DNA from: a virus
Reading direction: 5' to 3' (one strand)
Length of the DNA stretch: 36,871 nucleotides
Virus record (IMG/VR): IMGVR_UViG_3300045988_105062
Shown here: positions 1 to 8,422 of the stretch, one piece after another
How positions within the stretch are numbered: position 1 is the first letter of the stretch
How the letters are laid out: the number at the start of each line of letters is the position of its first letter
Program-made: the position numbers and the translations under genes
Notes under the pieces: generated by a model
The model's input: the letters and a program-made list of their open reading frames with translations, nothing else
What the model was told of the DNA's origin: nothing
Databases searched by the model: none

Positions 1-72
1 GTTGTTAATCCAGCAAAGGTGTTATCACAAATGCCAGCAGATACAACAAGCTATGAGGAGTACATGCAGATG
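1..72. repeat. 72-bp terminal direct repeat, identical to 36800-36871 (circular contig overlap)
   Basis: GTTGTTAATCCAGCAAAGG...GTACATGCAGATG occurs at both window ends; an ORF is continuous across the junction. Confidence 0.95.
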
Positions 73-198
73 TCTATTATGATGTTAAGTATGTGTTCAC
101 ACATATATATGCTTAAAGGCTGGGAAAAGTCCCCAGGAGCTAATAGGGAGTTCGGATATGCGTTAGCAAGCGATATGATAATTATGAGAGAGTTTTGA
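1..198 (+). CDS. 3' part of wrap-around DUF4406-like (nucleoside deoxyribosyltransferase-like) protein; 5' part at 36671-36871
   Basis: Frame 1 is open from base 1 to TGA at 196-198. Joined product MDDSRIQAMRDNRVYISGPITG...NPAKV...MLKGWEKSPGANREFGYA resembles the DUF4406 family. Confidence 0.7.
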   Translation, partial: VVNPAKVLSQMPADTTSYEEYMQMSIMMLSMCSHIYMLKGWEKSPGANREFGYALASDMIIMREF

Positions 199-202
199 AA
201 CA

Positions 203-430
203 ATGTATAGTCAGTTAAAGTTTGAAGAGTGTATGACATTTAAAGAAAAAATGGAAGCACGAGGGTGGCATAATTGCTATGATGCAGAACCAGATAAACC
301 AGGAATATATCAGATATACAGACGTAACGGAGGTAAAGGAAAGGCATATTACAAAGGCAATCATATATGGCAGCAGTTAACTAATAATGGCTGGGATTTT
401 AATTGGTGGAGAGAGACGAAAGGAAGGTAA
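203..430 (+). CDS. hypothetical phage protein (75 aa)
   Basis: ORF tightly packed in a same-strand gene train; Trp-rich with no firm motif. Confidence 0.5.
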   Translation: MYSQLKFEECMTFKEKMEARGWHNCYDAEPDKPGIYQIYRRNGGKGKAYYKGNHIWQQLTNNGWDFNWWRETKGR

Positions 431-435
431 TTATA

Positions 436-642
436 TTGAAAGAAGTTAAACATTACATATGTGAGATATGTGGAACAGAATACAATGATAAAATCAAAGC
501 ACAGCATTGTGAAAAAGGACATTGTAAGCCATTGGAAATAATAAAGGAACGTTATTTAAGTGTAGGTAATAACGCTAAGGGGTATCCATTAGAAATAACA
601 GTAAAGATGGCGGATGGCACAGAACAGAAATATAAGAGATAG
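436..642 (+). CDS. small CxxC zinc-binding phage protein (68 aa; alternative start at 403)
   Basis: TTG at 436 lies 8 nt after AGGAAGG; motifs CEICG and HCEKGHC. Confidence 0.5.
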   Translation: MKEVKHYICEICGTEYNDKIKAQHCEKGHCKPLEIIKERYLSVGNNAKGYPLEITVKMADGTEQKYKR

Positions 643-655
643 GCAGGTGTAGCGA

Positions 656-1108
656 GTGGAAGAACAGTACAATATCAAAGAAATATTGATACAGTATGAA
701 GACTTGGTAAAGGAGAGAGAATCATTAAAAGAATCTATATCTCAGATAGAGAAAAGGATAAGTAAGATGGAGCAGGAAGGATATACTGTAATAGATAGTG
801 TATCAGGCGGAAATGGAGGCAAGCAGCATTTCAAGATAGAAGGTTTCCCATATTCGGAATATGATAATCAGATGGCATTATTGATGTTAAGAAAGTCGCA
901 GCAGGAAGATGTTCTTGAAAAGATAGAACAGCAGATAGCACTTGCAGAGCATTACATATACCAGATAAAGAGCAGCACTATGAGGAGGATGATTACGTAC
1001 AGATACATTAACAAATATTCCTGGATAAAAGTTGCACACAGTATGGGAAAGCATTATACTGCAGATGGATGCAGGATGGCAGTTGAAAGATTTTTGAAAG
1101 AAAAATAA
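656..1108 (+). CDS. late-gene transcriptional regulator, RinA/ArpU/sigma-70 region-4-like
   Basis: C-terminal HTH-like MRRMITYRYINKYSWIKVAHSMGKHYTADGCRMAVERFL; last gene before the packaging module; GTG start after AGGTG. Confidence 0.65.
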   Translation: MEEQYNIKEILIQYEDLVKERESLKESISQIEKRISKMEQEGYTVIDSVSGGNGGKQHFKIEGFPYSEYDNQMALLMLRKSQQEDVLEKIEQQIALAEHYIYQIKSSTMRRMITYRYINKYSWIKVAHSMGKHYTADGCRMAVERFLKEK

Positions 1109-1112
1109 AAGT

Positions 1113-1139
1113 CTGTTCGTTTTGTTCGTTCTGTTCGTT
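1113..1139 (+). repeat. three tandem 9-bp repeats YTGTTCGTT
   Basis: CTGTTCGTT TTGTTCGTT CTGTTCGTT, occupying the -35 position of the promoter at 1147-1155. Confidence 0.9.
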
Positions 1140-1146
1140 TTATATG

Positions 1147-1155
1147 TGGTAATAT
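1147..1155 (+). promoter_or_regulatory. extended -10 element TGGTAATAT (putative late promoter, no canonical -35)
   Basis: TGnTAATAT lies 8 nt downstream of the 9-mer repeat array and just after the regulator gene. Confidence 0.45.
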
Positions 1156-1161
1156 TTATCG

Positions 1162-1314
1162 TGGAACAGATGTAAGGTGCATTGTTTCACAGACATACGC
1201 AAGTCTGAATTCAATAATATCCCCGGTGGTGCCGGCGAGAGCTGGCACCATTACTCCTAAATTGATAATTATCCCCTCTTAAGGCACTGACGAAAGTTGG
1301 TGCCTTATTTTGTT
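1162..1314 (+). ncRNA. putative ~150-nt structured leader or small RNA ending at an intrinsic terminator
   Basis: No ORF. 10-12 bp GC-rich stem 1225-1252 is capped by a GAGA (GNRA) tetraloop; CU-rich tracts CTCCT and CCCCTCTT; terminator at 1281-1314. Confidence 0.4.
1281..1314 (+). terminator. intrinsic terminator
   Basis: AAGGCAC-12 nt loop-GTGCCTT followed by ATTTTGTT. Confidence 0.6.
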
Positions 1315-1341
1315 GAAATAAATATAAAAATGTTTTATTAT
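1313..1341 (+). promoter_or_regulatory. sigma-A type promoter of the AT-rich moron
   Basis: TTGAAA, 17-nt spacer, TATTAT; about 30 nt upstream of the ParA-like start. Confidence 0.5.
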
Positions 1342-1356
1342 ATGATTATTATAATT

Positions 1357-1365
1357 GGGGGGGGG
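1357..1365 (+). repeat. G9 homopolymer serving as, or overlapping, the ribosome-binding site
   Basis: ATTGGGGGGGGGAATGATATG; the only long G run in a very AT-rich block. Confidence 0.9.
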
Positions 1366-1371
1366 AATGAT

Positions 1372-2229
1372 ATGAATAAAAATATAATTTCTTTTTTAAA
1401 TATGAAAGGTGGAGTATGTAAAACTACTTTATGTAAAGAAATTGCGTTACATTTATCTAATAATATGAATAAAAAGGTATTAGTTATAGATATAGATCCT
1501 CAGGCAAACTGTACACAATCTTTTTTTGAGCATTTCAAAGTGATACAAATAAAAGATGATGAAATAATTACAGACATTAATTCATTACCGACAATTCAAA
1601 ATTTGTATAGAACTTCTGGTTCAATGTTAGAAGGTGCAAATACAGAAAAAATTGTATATAAATTAACAGATAATTTGCATTTAATTCCGGGAGAATTAAA
1701 TGTTTACTTTATGGATAGAGAAATAGGATCTGGGGCAGCAGAGCATATATTGTGTAATTTTGTAGAAGATAGTGATTTTAGAAAAAAATATGATTATATA
1801 TTTATAGACTGTCCTCCAACATATTCATTTTATACAATAACAGCGTTACTGACGAGTGATTTTTATTTAGTACCTGTTGTTCCAGATGCATATTCTATGT
1901 TGGGAGTAAGTATGTTGGATAGTGTTGTTGATAGATTAAAGGGAACATATAGAAGAGATTTTGATAGTCATTCATTGGATTGTTTAGGAATAATATTTAC
2001 CAAAATAGATTCAAATCCGTCCAAAGGAATAAAAAGAAATATGAAAAATATTTCAAAAGCATTTAAGGATACAAAGATATTTAATACTGTATTTCCGAAT
2101 TCTCCCAAATTAATTACATCAGATATGTCAAAGTTTATTTCTGATAGACAAGATACAAATTTAATAACATCTTTAGAAGATATTTGCATAGAATTTGATA
2201 AGGAGGTTACTATTAGAAATGAAGAATAA
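1372..2229 (+). CDS. ParA/MinD-family P-loop ATPase (285 aa)
   Basis: Deviant Walker A NMKGGVCKTT, A' box VLVIDIDPQAN, Walker B YDYIFIDCPP. Confidence 0.85.
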   Translation: MNKNIISFLNMKGGVCKTTLCKEIALHLSNNMNKKVLVIDIDPQANCTQSFFEHFKVIQIKDDEIITDINSLPTIQNLYRTSGSMLEGANTEKIVYKLTDNLHLIPGELNVYFMDREIGSGAAEHILCNFVEDSDFRKKYDYIFIDCPPTYSFYTITALLTSDFYLVPVVPDAYSMLGVSMLDSVVDRLKGTYRRDFDSHSLDCLGIIFTKIDSNPSKGIKRNMKNISKAFKDTKIFNTVFPNSPKLITSDMSKFISDRQDTNLITSLEDICIEFDKEVTIRNEE

Positions 2230-2596
2230 GATATATAAAAAAATAATGATAACACAAGGAATAAAAGATATTGATGAATTCAAGATGGAAATGTATTCTA
2301 TTTTAACAAGTATTGTATATGATAGAAATATATATAAACATAATAAGGAATTAGAAGAATTATTTTTAAAATTAAATATTCCATGTAAGCCGTATTTGTT
2401 AAAAAGCAGAAATCAATCAATTATAAAATTTTTAAGTGTAATACATAAATCAACTTATGAAGAGTTAGTTGAACAATTACAGATATTAAAAAAAGTGATG
2501 ATAGAAAGTATGGAAGAAGATAATAAAGTAGAAACAAATGAAGAAAACAAAGAAAGTGATTATGACATATTGGTGAAGAAATATGGAAAAAAATAG
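2219..2596 (+). CDS. hypothetical protein, 125 aa, acidic C-terminus; translationally coupled to the ParA-like gene
   Basis: ATG overlaps the upstream stop by 11 nt; AAGGAGG upstream; no recognisable motif. Confidence 0.65.
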   Translation: MKNKIYKKIMITQGIKDIDEFKMEMYSILTSIVYDRNIYKHNKELEELFLKLNIPCKPYLLKSRNQSIIKFLSVIHKSTYEELVEQLQILKKVMIESMEEDNKVETNEENKESDYDILVKKYGKK

Positions 2597-3254
2597 TCAA
2601 TTAGGCGAATATGAAGAGTTTTTAAAAAAAGTATTTCCTGAATGTCAATATAATAAAGAATATGATTTGTTATATAAAAGAATATGTAGTTTTAATATTT
2701 TTATAGAAATATTAAAAAATTACATAAATGATGAAAAAGTAGAATTTTTTATTTCTAAAATAATATATGGATATAATATGTTATTAATGTATGTACCATT
2801 AAGTGATAGTATGGGAATAACAGCGTGTATGAGATATATTACTGAACAAACACTTAAGTGTTTTTATTCATATATTTTTAAAGATAAATCAATAAAGAAA
2901 ATTAATGAAACATCATACAGAAATATTAAAGAAGATATAAAAAGCGAATATACAGATAAAGATTATTTAAATAGGTTGTATTCTCAATATGCAAAATATT
3001 CTAATGAAGTTCATGATAAGTTGAAATTAGAAAATAAAGAGATAGAATATATATATGATATATTATCAAGAGAAAATACAATGATTGAATACATAAATAA
3101 AGATGTTTATACATTGATGAAAATATTATTTAAGTTTTTAATACATAATTATGAAATTAAATATAAGTCGTTTAATATATCTCAAAGGATAAATTATGAA
3201 AAAATATTTTCAAGTAAATTTCATAAGGAATTTGATGAGTTATTAGGAGGTTAA
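2583..3254 (+). CDS. hypothetical protein, 223 aa, helical and Lys/Tyr/Ile-rich
   Basis: ATG overlaps the upstream gene by 14 nt; no recognisable motif. Confidence 0.7.
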   Translation: MEKNSQLGEYEEFLKKVFPECQYNKEYDLLYKRICSFNIFIEILKNYINDEKVEFFISKIIYGYNMLLMYVPLSDSMGITACMRYITEQTLKCFYSYIFKDKSIKKINETSYRNIKEDIKSEYTDKDYLNRLYSQYAKYSNEVHDKLKLENKEIEYIYDILSRENTMIEYINKDVYTLMKILFKFLIHNYEIKYKSFNISQRINYEKIFSSKFHKEFDELLGG

Positions 3255-3285
3255 AAAAAGGCAACTATATAGTTGCCTTTTTATT
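3255..3285 (+). terminator. intrinsic terminator closing the moron
   Basis: GGCAACTAT/ATAGTTGCC perfect stem followed by TTTTTATTT. Confidence 0.85.
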
Positions 3286-3308
3286 TATGCCAGAAAGGAG
3301 CTGATTGT

Positions 3309-3899
3309 ATGGCATTAACAGATAAACAGAAGCGATTCTGTGAAGAATACCTTATAGACCTTAATGCCACACAGGCAGCTATCAGGGCAGGGTATTCACC
3401 GAAAACAGCAGAACAGACGGCATCAAGACTGTTAAGAAATGTTAAGGTGCAGGAATATATAGCAAAAAGACAAAAAGAGCTATCAAGGAGCACACAGATA
3501 ACCCAGGAAAGAGTTATCAAGGAGCTTGCCCTGATAGCTTTTTCTAATAATGCGGACTATGCACGTGTAGTAGAGAAAAAGATGCAGACAGAAGTTGATG
3601 GAATGCTGGTTGATGTTCTTGGTGAAGATGGCAAGCCTATAATGTATAGGACGGTAGAGCCAGTACTGACAGATGAACTTACAGAAGAACAGAAGAGAGC
3701 ATTGGCAGTTATCAAGAAGGGTAGAGATGGACTGGAAGTGAAATCTTTCGATAAGGTCAGGGCATTGGAACTGCTTGGTAAACATCTGGGAATATTTACT
3801 GAGAAGATAGAGGCTAATGTAAACGATACAACCAGGAGTGAATTACAGGAGCTTCTTGCACAGCGTAAAGCAAGAGGTGAGCCAGATGCTTCTAAGTGA
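3309..3899 (+). CDS. terS: terminase small subunit (P27/Terminase_2 type)
   Basis: MALTDKQKRFCEEYLIDLNATQAAIRAGYSPKTAEQTASRLLRNVKVQEYI; AAAGGAG lies 9 nt upstream. Confidence 0.9.
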   Translation: MALTDKQKRFCEEYLIDLNATQAAIRAGYSPKTAEQTASRLLRNVKVQEYIAKRQKELSRSTQITQERVIKELALIAFSNNADYARVVEKKMQTEVDGMLVDVLGEDGKPIMYRTVEPVLTDELTEEQKRALAVIKKGRDGLEVKSFDKVRALELLGKHLGIFTEKIEANVNDTTRSELQELLAQRKARGEPDASK

Positions 3900-5274
3900 T
3901 AAATACTGGGATTACATAGACACACCTGCAAGAGCAGAGTTCTTAGAGGGTTCAACTGCATCAGGAAAGACAACAACAGTAGCTGTTAAGTTCATTATGA
4001 ATGTAGCTGAATCAGATATGAAGCTGCACGTTATAGCAGGTAATACAACAGGTGTTATTGAGAAGAATATAATAAATGCTGATATGGGATTGTTACAGAT
4101 ATTCCCCAATCTGGAATACTGTGGTAATGGCGATAAAGAAAATAAACTTCCGCACATTAAATTCAAAACTGGCAGCAGTACTAAGATAATATATATTCTT
4201 GGCTATGATAATGCCAGTAAATGGAAGAATGCCTTGGGTTCACAGTTTGGATGTGTGTGGGTAGATGAGTGCAATACAGCTAACATAGACTTCATACGAG
4301 AGATATTCGGACGTTCTGAATACTTTGTAGGTACGCTTAATCCGGATGCGCCTACACTTCCTATATATTCAGAATACATCAATCATGCAAGGCCTATAGA
4401 TAAGTACAGGGCAGATGTGCCGGAAGAAATATGGAAGGACCTTAACGGTTGTGAGCCTATTAAAGGCTGGGTGTACTGGTTCTTTAATATGACAGACAAT
4501 ATATCTATGACACCAGAGAAGATAGAACAGAAAAAAATGAGCTATCCTCCTGGCACTAAGATATATAAAAACAAGATATTAGGATTACGAGGCAAGGCTA
4601 CCGGTCTTGTCTTTTCTAATTTCTGCAATAGGCATATCATTACTAGAGATCAGGCAAAGTCATACATCAGACGTGAGGTTGATGAAATGCAGGGCGAATA
4701 TTTCATAATATTCACCAGCGGACTTGATACAGCTTATTCAACCAAGAGCCCGGATACGATTGCTATGTCCTTTGTGGGAATAACAAACAAGGGCAAGCTG
4801 ATAGTGCTGGATGAAAAGGTGTATAACAATGCAGAACTTGATATACCAATAGCTCCGTCTGATACGGTAAGGAATTACATTGACTTCCTGGAGCGTAACA
4901 GAAAAGAATGGGGTGGAATGTCAAAAAATGTGTTTATAGATAACGCTGATCAGGCAACGATAACAGAGTTTGCCAAGTACAAGAGAGAACACATTGACTG
5001 CCAGTATATATTTAATAATGCGTATAAGAAAGTAACCATAATAGATAGAATTAACTTACAGCTTGGCTGGATGTCCTTTAATGACGAAAAGGGCAGAGAG
5101 CCAAGCTTTTATATTGTCGATACTTGCACGAATTACAAGACAGAGTTAGAAACGTATTCGTGGCTTGAAGATAAGGACTGTGAGCCTGAGGATGGCAATG
5201 ACCATATGGTAAACAGCGTACAGTATGGCTGGATTCCTTATCGAAGCAGGATAGGTATAGAGAATAAGAAATAA
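3886..5274 (+). CDS. terL: terminase large subunit
   Basis: Walker A GSTASGKT, Walker B-like VWVDEC; start overlaps the terS end after AGAGGTGA. Confidence 0.9.
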   Translation: MLLSDKYWDYIDTPARAEFLEGSTASGKTTTVAVKFIMNVAESDMKLHVIAGNTTGVIEKNIINADMGLLQIFPNLEYCGNGDKENKLPHIKFKTGSSTKIIYILGYDNASKWKNALGSQFGCVWVDECNTANIDFIREIFGRSEYFVGTLNPDAPTLPIYSEYINHARPIDKYRADVPEEIWKDLNGCEPIKGWVYWFFNMTDNISMTPEKIEQKKMSYPPGTKIYKNKILGLRGKATGLVFSNFCNRHIITRDQAKSYIRREVDEMQGEYFIIFTSGLDTAYSTKSPDTIAMSFVGITNKGKLIVLDEKVYNNAELDIPIAPSDTVRNYIDFLERNRKEWGGMSKNVFIDNADQATITEFAKYKREHIDCQYIFNNAYKKVTIIDRINLQLGWMSFNDEKGREPSFYIVDTCTNYKTELETYSWLEDKDCEPEDGNDHMVNSVQYGWIPYRSRIGIENKK

Positions 5275-5297
5275 TTCCAGATAGGAGAGTGAGAGAG

Positions 5298-6815
5298 GTG
5301 AACATATTTACAAGTATGGCAGAGAAGATAAAAACAGGAATAAGAACGTGGCTGCACATCCAGCCGGCTGTTAATGGATCCATAAGCATACAGGAAACTC
5401 TTGATTACGAGGGAAATGCCATAAAGAACAAGATATGGTACAGAGGTGAGAGTGAAGAATTGTCACAGCTATACAGCCAGATAGATGGTGACAAGACAAG
5501 GTTCTGGTCTGCATCCTGTACAATAGGTATGGAGATAAGAAAGATACACGTAGGTCTCCCTGCTATGTTATGCGATATGCTGGCCAGTATAGTAACAGAT
5601 GATATGAATTTAATAGATGCTGGCAGCAGGCAGACAGAATGGGATAAGATAGCAGAGGAAAATGATTTCATTGAGCTTGTTAAGCAGGCAATAACAGAAA
5701 CACTTTATATCGGTGATGGAGCATTCAAGATATCGTTCGATACGAACCTTAGCAAGTATCCTATATTGGAATTCTACTCTGGTGATAAGACAGAGATTAT
5801 CAAGGACAGGGGAAGAGTTAAGGAGATAGTGTTTAAGACTGTGCATAACGTGCAGAGACAGGAATATGTATTACTTGAACATTATGGCATAGGCTACATA
5901 CATTATGAGCTTACAAGAGGCGGCAGGGAATATGATTTAAGTGTTATACCGGAGCTGGCACATCTTAGTGATGTTACCTGGAATGACAAGTTTATAATGG
6001 CTGTTCCTCTTCTGTTTTATAAGTCAGCCAAGTATAAAGGACGAGGCAAGAGCATATTTGATGCAAAGATAGATAACTTTGATGCGCTGGATGAAGCATG
6101 GTCACAATGGATGGATGCCTTAAGGAGGAATAGAACAAAGGAATATATACCGGAGAATATGTTACCAAGGAATCCCCTGGATGGAAAAGTGCTAAAGCCT
6201 AATGCTTTTGATAATGCCTATATAAAAACAGATGGCAGCATGGCAGAAGGTACAGTTAATAAGATAGAGCTTGTACAGGGCAATATCCCACACGAAAGCT
6301 ATCTTGCAACATATATCACAGCGTTGGATCTTTGTTTACAGGGGATTATGAGCCCATCAACATTAGGCATAGATGTTAAGAAACTGGATAATGCGGATGC
6401 ACAGAGGGAGAAAGAGAAAGCAACGCTTTACAGCAGAGATAACATTGTAGAGCGGCTTCAGAAGGTTCTTCCAAAGCTTGTTACAGCAACATTTAATGCC
6501 ATAGACACGCTTAATAAGACAGCTATTAAGGATATAGATATTGATGTGACATTTGGCGAATATGCTAACCCATCTTTTGAAAGCCAGGTAGAAACAGTCA
6601 GCAAGGCAAAGCAGGGCGGTATTATGAGCATAGAGGCATCTGTTGATGAGCTGTATGGAGATACTAAGGATGACGAATGGAAGCAGGAAGAGATAGCAAG
6701 ACTTAAGGCTGAGCAGGGTATATCTGATATGGAAGAGCCGGCACTTAATATGCAGGCAGATGGCTTTACAGTTAATGGCGCTGATAACAGTTTTACAGGT
6801 TTTGATAACAAGTGA
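5298..6815 (+). CDS. portal protein (start uncertain: 5289, 5298 or 5316)
   Basis: About 505 aa ORF directly after terL with an acidic C-terminus; SPP1-like module order. Confidence 0.8.
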   Translation: MNIFTSMAEKIKTGIRTWLHIQPAVNGSISIQETLDYEGNAIKNKIWYRGESEELSQLYSQIDGDKTRFWSASCTIGMEIRKIHVGLPAMLCDMLASIVTDDMNLIDAGSRQTEWDKIAEENDFIELVKQAITETLYIGDGAFKISFDTNLSKYPILEFYSGDKTEIIKDRGRVKEIVFKTVHNVQRQEYVLLEHYGIGYIHYELTRGGREYDLSVIPELAHLSDVTWNDKFIMAVPLLFYKSAKYKGRGKSIFDAKIDNFDALDEAWSQWMDALRRNRTKEYIPENMLPRNPLDGKVLKPNAFDNAYIKTDGSMAEGTVNKIELVQGNIPHESYLATYITALDLCLQGIMSPSTLGIDVKKLDNADAQREKEKATLYSRDNIVERLQKVLPKLVTATFNAIDTLNKTAIKDIDIDVTFGEYANPSFESQVETVSKAKQGGIMSIEASVDELYGDTKDDEWKQEEIARLKAEQGISDMEEPALNMQADGFTVNGADNSFTGFDNK

Positions 6816-6823
6816 GGTAGCTT

Positions 6824-8422
6824 ATGGCACTTAATACAGAATATGACATAGAGAAAGCCTTTAGAGCCATAGAAGATGAGCTGATTGCTTCTATGATACG
6901 AAATCTTGACAGACACAGAGCAGAAGAAGATGAACTTGGATTCAACTGGGCACAATGGCAGGTAGAACAGCTTAAAGCCTTAGAAAAATATAAAGCAGAT
7001 AACAAGACACGTTTTGCGGGCAGATTCAGTGATATAAACAGTTCAATTGATGCAATGATATTTACAGCAAGGCAGACAGGCGGCACAGAGCAGGAACAGA
7101 AGATATTAAGAGTATTGAAAAAGGGATTAAAAGCATCCAAGGTGTCACAAGGCACTGAGGGTGCTTTTTTCAAGCTTAACACAAGAAAGCTTAATGCCCT
7201 GATTAAAGCTACGAAGTCAGATTTTAACAGGGCGGAAAAAGCAATGCTTAGAATGTCGGAAGATAAATACCGGCAGATAATATTCAATGCTCAGGTGTAT
7301 GCGAATACGGGTGCAGGAACATATGAGAAAGCAGTTGATATGGCGACAAAGGATTTCCTAAAAGCAGGTATCAACTGTATTGAATATGCGAATGGCGCAA
7401 GGCATACTATGAAAGATTATGCTAAGATGGCAATTCAGACAGCCAATAAGCGTGCATATCTAACCGGAGAGGGAGAGATGAGACAGTCCTGGGGAATTAG
7501 TACAGTTATTATGAATAAGCGTGCGAATGCCTGTCCTAAGTGTCTTCCGTTTGTTGGAAAGATTCTTATAGATGATGTGTGGAGTGGCGGTAAGGCATCT
7601 GATGGTCCTTATCCGCTTATGTCATCTGCAATAGCTGCGGGGTTGTACCATCCAAATTGCAAAGACGTACATACAACATACTTCCCTGAGCTGGATGAAG
7701 AGCCAGACAGTAAGTTTACCAAGGAAGAGCTTGAGCAGGTTAAGGAAGATTACAAGCAGGACCAGAAACAGCAATATGCTGGAAGAATGGTTGAGCAGTT
7801 CGATAGGATGTCGAAGTATTCGCTGGATACGGATAATAAGAAGATGTATGAGGTAAGGAAGGAACAGTGGAAGAAAAATGTATCATTTGATAATAGTAAA
7901 TCTGAAAAGCATATTGAGGATTTATGTGATAGTGATATAATTCAATTATCAGATAAAGAATTGCAAGCTGTTATTCAATATAAGAGTTTTGAGTCATATA
8001 TTATAAATGATATGTTAAGAAATGCAAATGATTTATCAAAATTAAAGCTAGAAGATAAACAGCTTATAAATAATTTAGATAAAGCATTGTCAAAAATACC
8101 GAAATATCAAGGCAATTTAATAAGAATGGTCGATTTTACGGATAGATTAGATGAGCAAGATATGATTAATGATTTTGTGAGTGAGTTTGTAGTAGGAAAA
8201 GTAGTAATAATCAGACAGTATTGGAGCACATCAAAAAAAGAAGGATATAATGATTCAGCAAAAATAAAAATTTATATACAAAATTCCAAGAATGGACGAG
8301 ATATAAGTTCTATTGGTTTAAATGAAAATGAAGTGCTATATGAGCGAAATAGTAGATTTAAAGTTGTTTCAAAATTGTTGGTTAAAGATATTTGGAATAT
8401 TCTTCTAGAGGAGGTGGATTAG
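6824..8422 (+). CDS. minor head morphogenesis protein (SPP1 gp7/Mu F-like) fused to a C-terminal ADP-ribosyltransferase domain
   Basis: HPNCKD motif in the N-terminal two-thirds. C-terminal R-S-E triad: LIRMV, WSTSKK (STS at 8225-8233), ENEVL (ExE at 8324-8332). Confidence 0.85.
   Translation: MALNTEYDIEKAFRAIEDELIASMIRNLDRHRAEEDELGFNWAQWQVEQLKALEKYKADNKTRFAGRFSDINSSIDAMIFTARQTGGTEQEQKILRVLKKGLKASKVSQGTEGAFFKLNTRKLNALIKATKSDFNRAEKAMLRMSEDKYRQIIFNAQVYANTGAGTYEKAVDMATKDFLKAGINCIEYANGARHTMKDYAKMAIQTANKRAYLTGEGEMRQSWGISTVIMNKRANACPKCLPFVGKILIDDVWSGGKASDGPYPLMSSAIAAGLYHPNCKDVHTTYFPELDEEPDSKFTKEELEQVKEDYKQDQKQQYAGRMVEQFDRMSKYSLDTDNKKMYEVRKEQWKKNVSFDNSKSEKHIEDLCDSDIIQLSDKELQAVIQYKSFESYIINDMLRNANDLSKLKLEDKQLINNLDKALSKIPKYQGNLIRMVDFTDRLDEQDMINDFVSEFVVGKVVIIRQYWSTSKKEGYNDSAKIKIYIQNSKNGRDISSIGLNENEVLYERNSRFKVVSKLLVKDIWNILLEEVD

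Noticed and set aside
1-72. Terminal repeat as an LTR, IS inverted repeat or physical phage DTR
   Set aside because: The repeat is direct, lies inside a continuous ORF and has a typical assembler k-mer-overlap length. Circular closure is the simplest explanation.
2583-3254. HEPN (Rx4-6H) nuclease call for the 223-aa moron protein, based on YAKYSNEVH
   Set aside because: The motif lacks the conserved Arg, and I cannot verify the fold from sequence alone. The protein is left as hypothetical.
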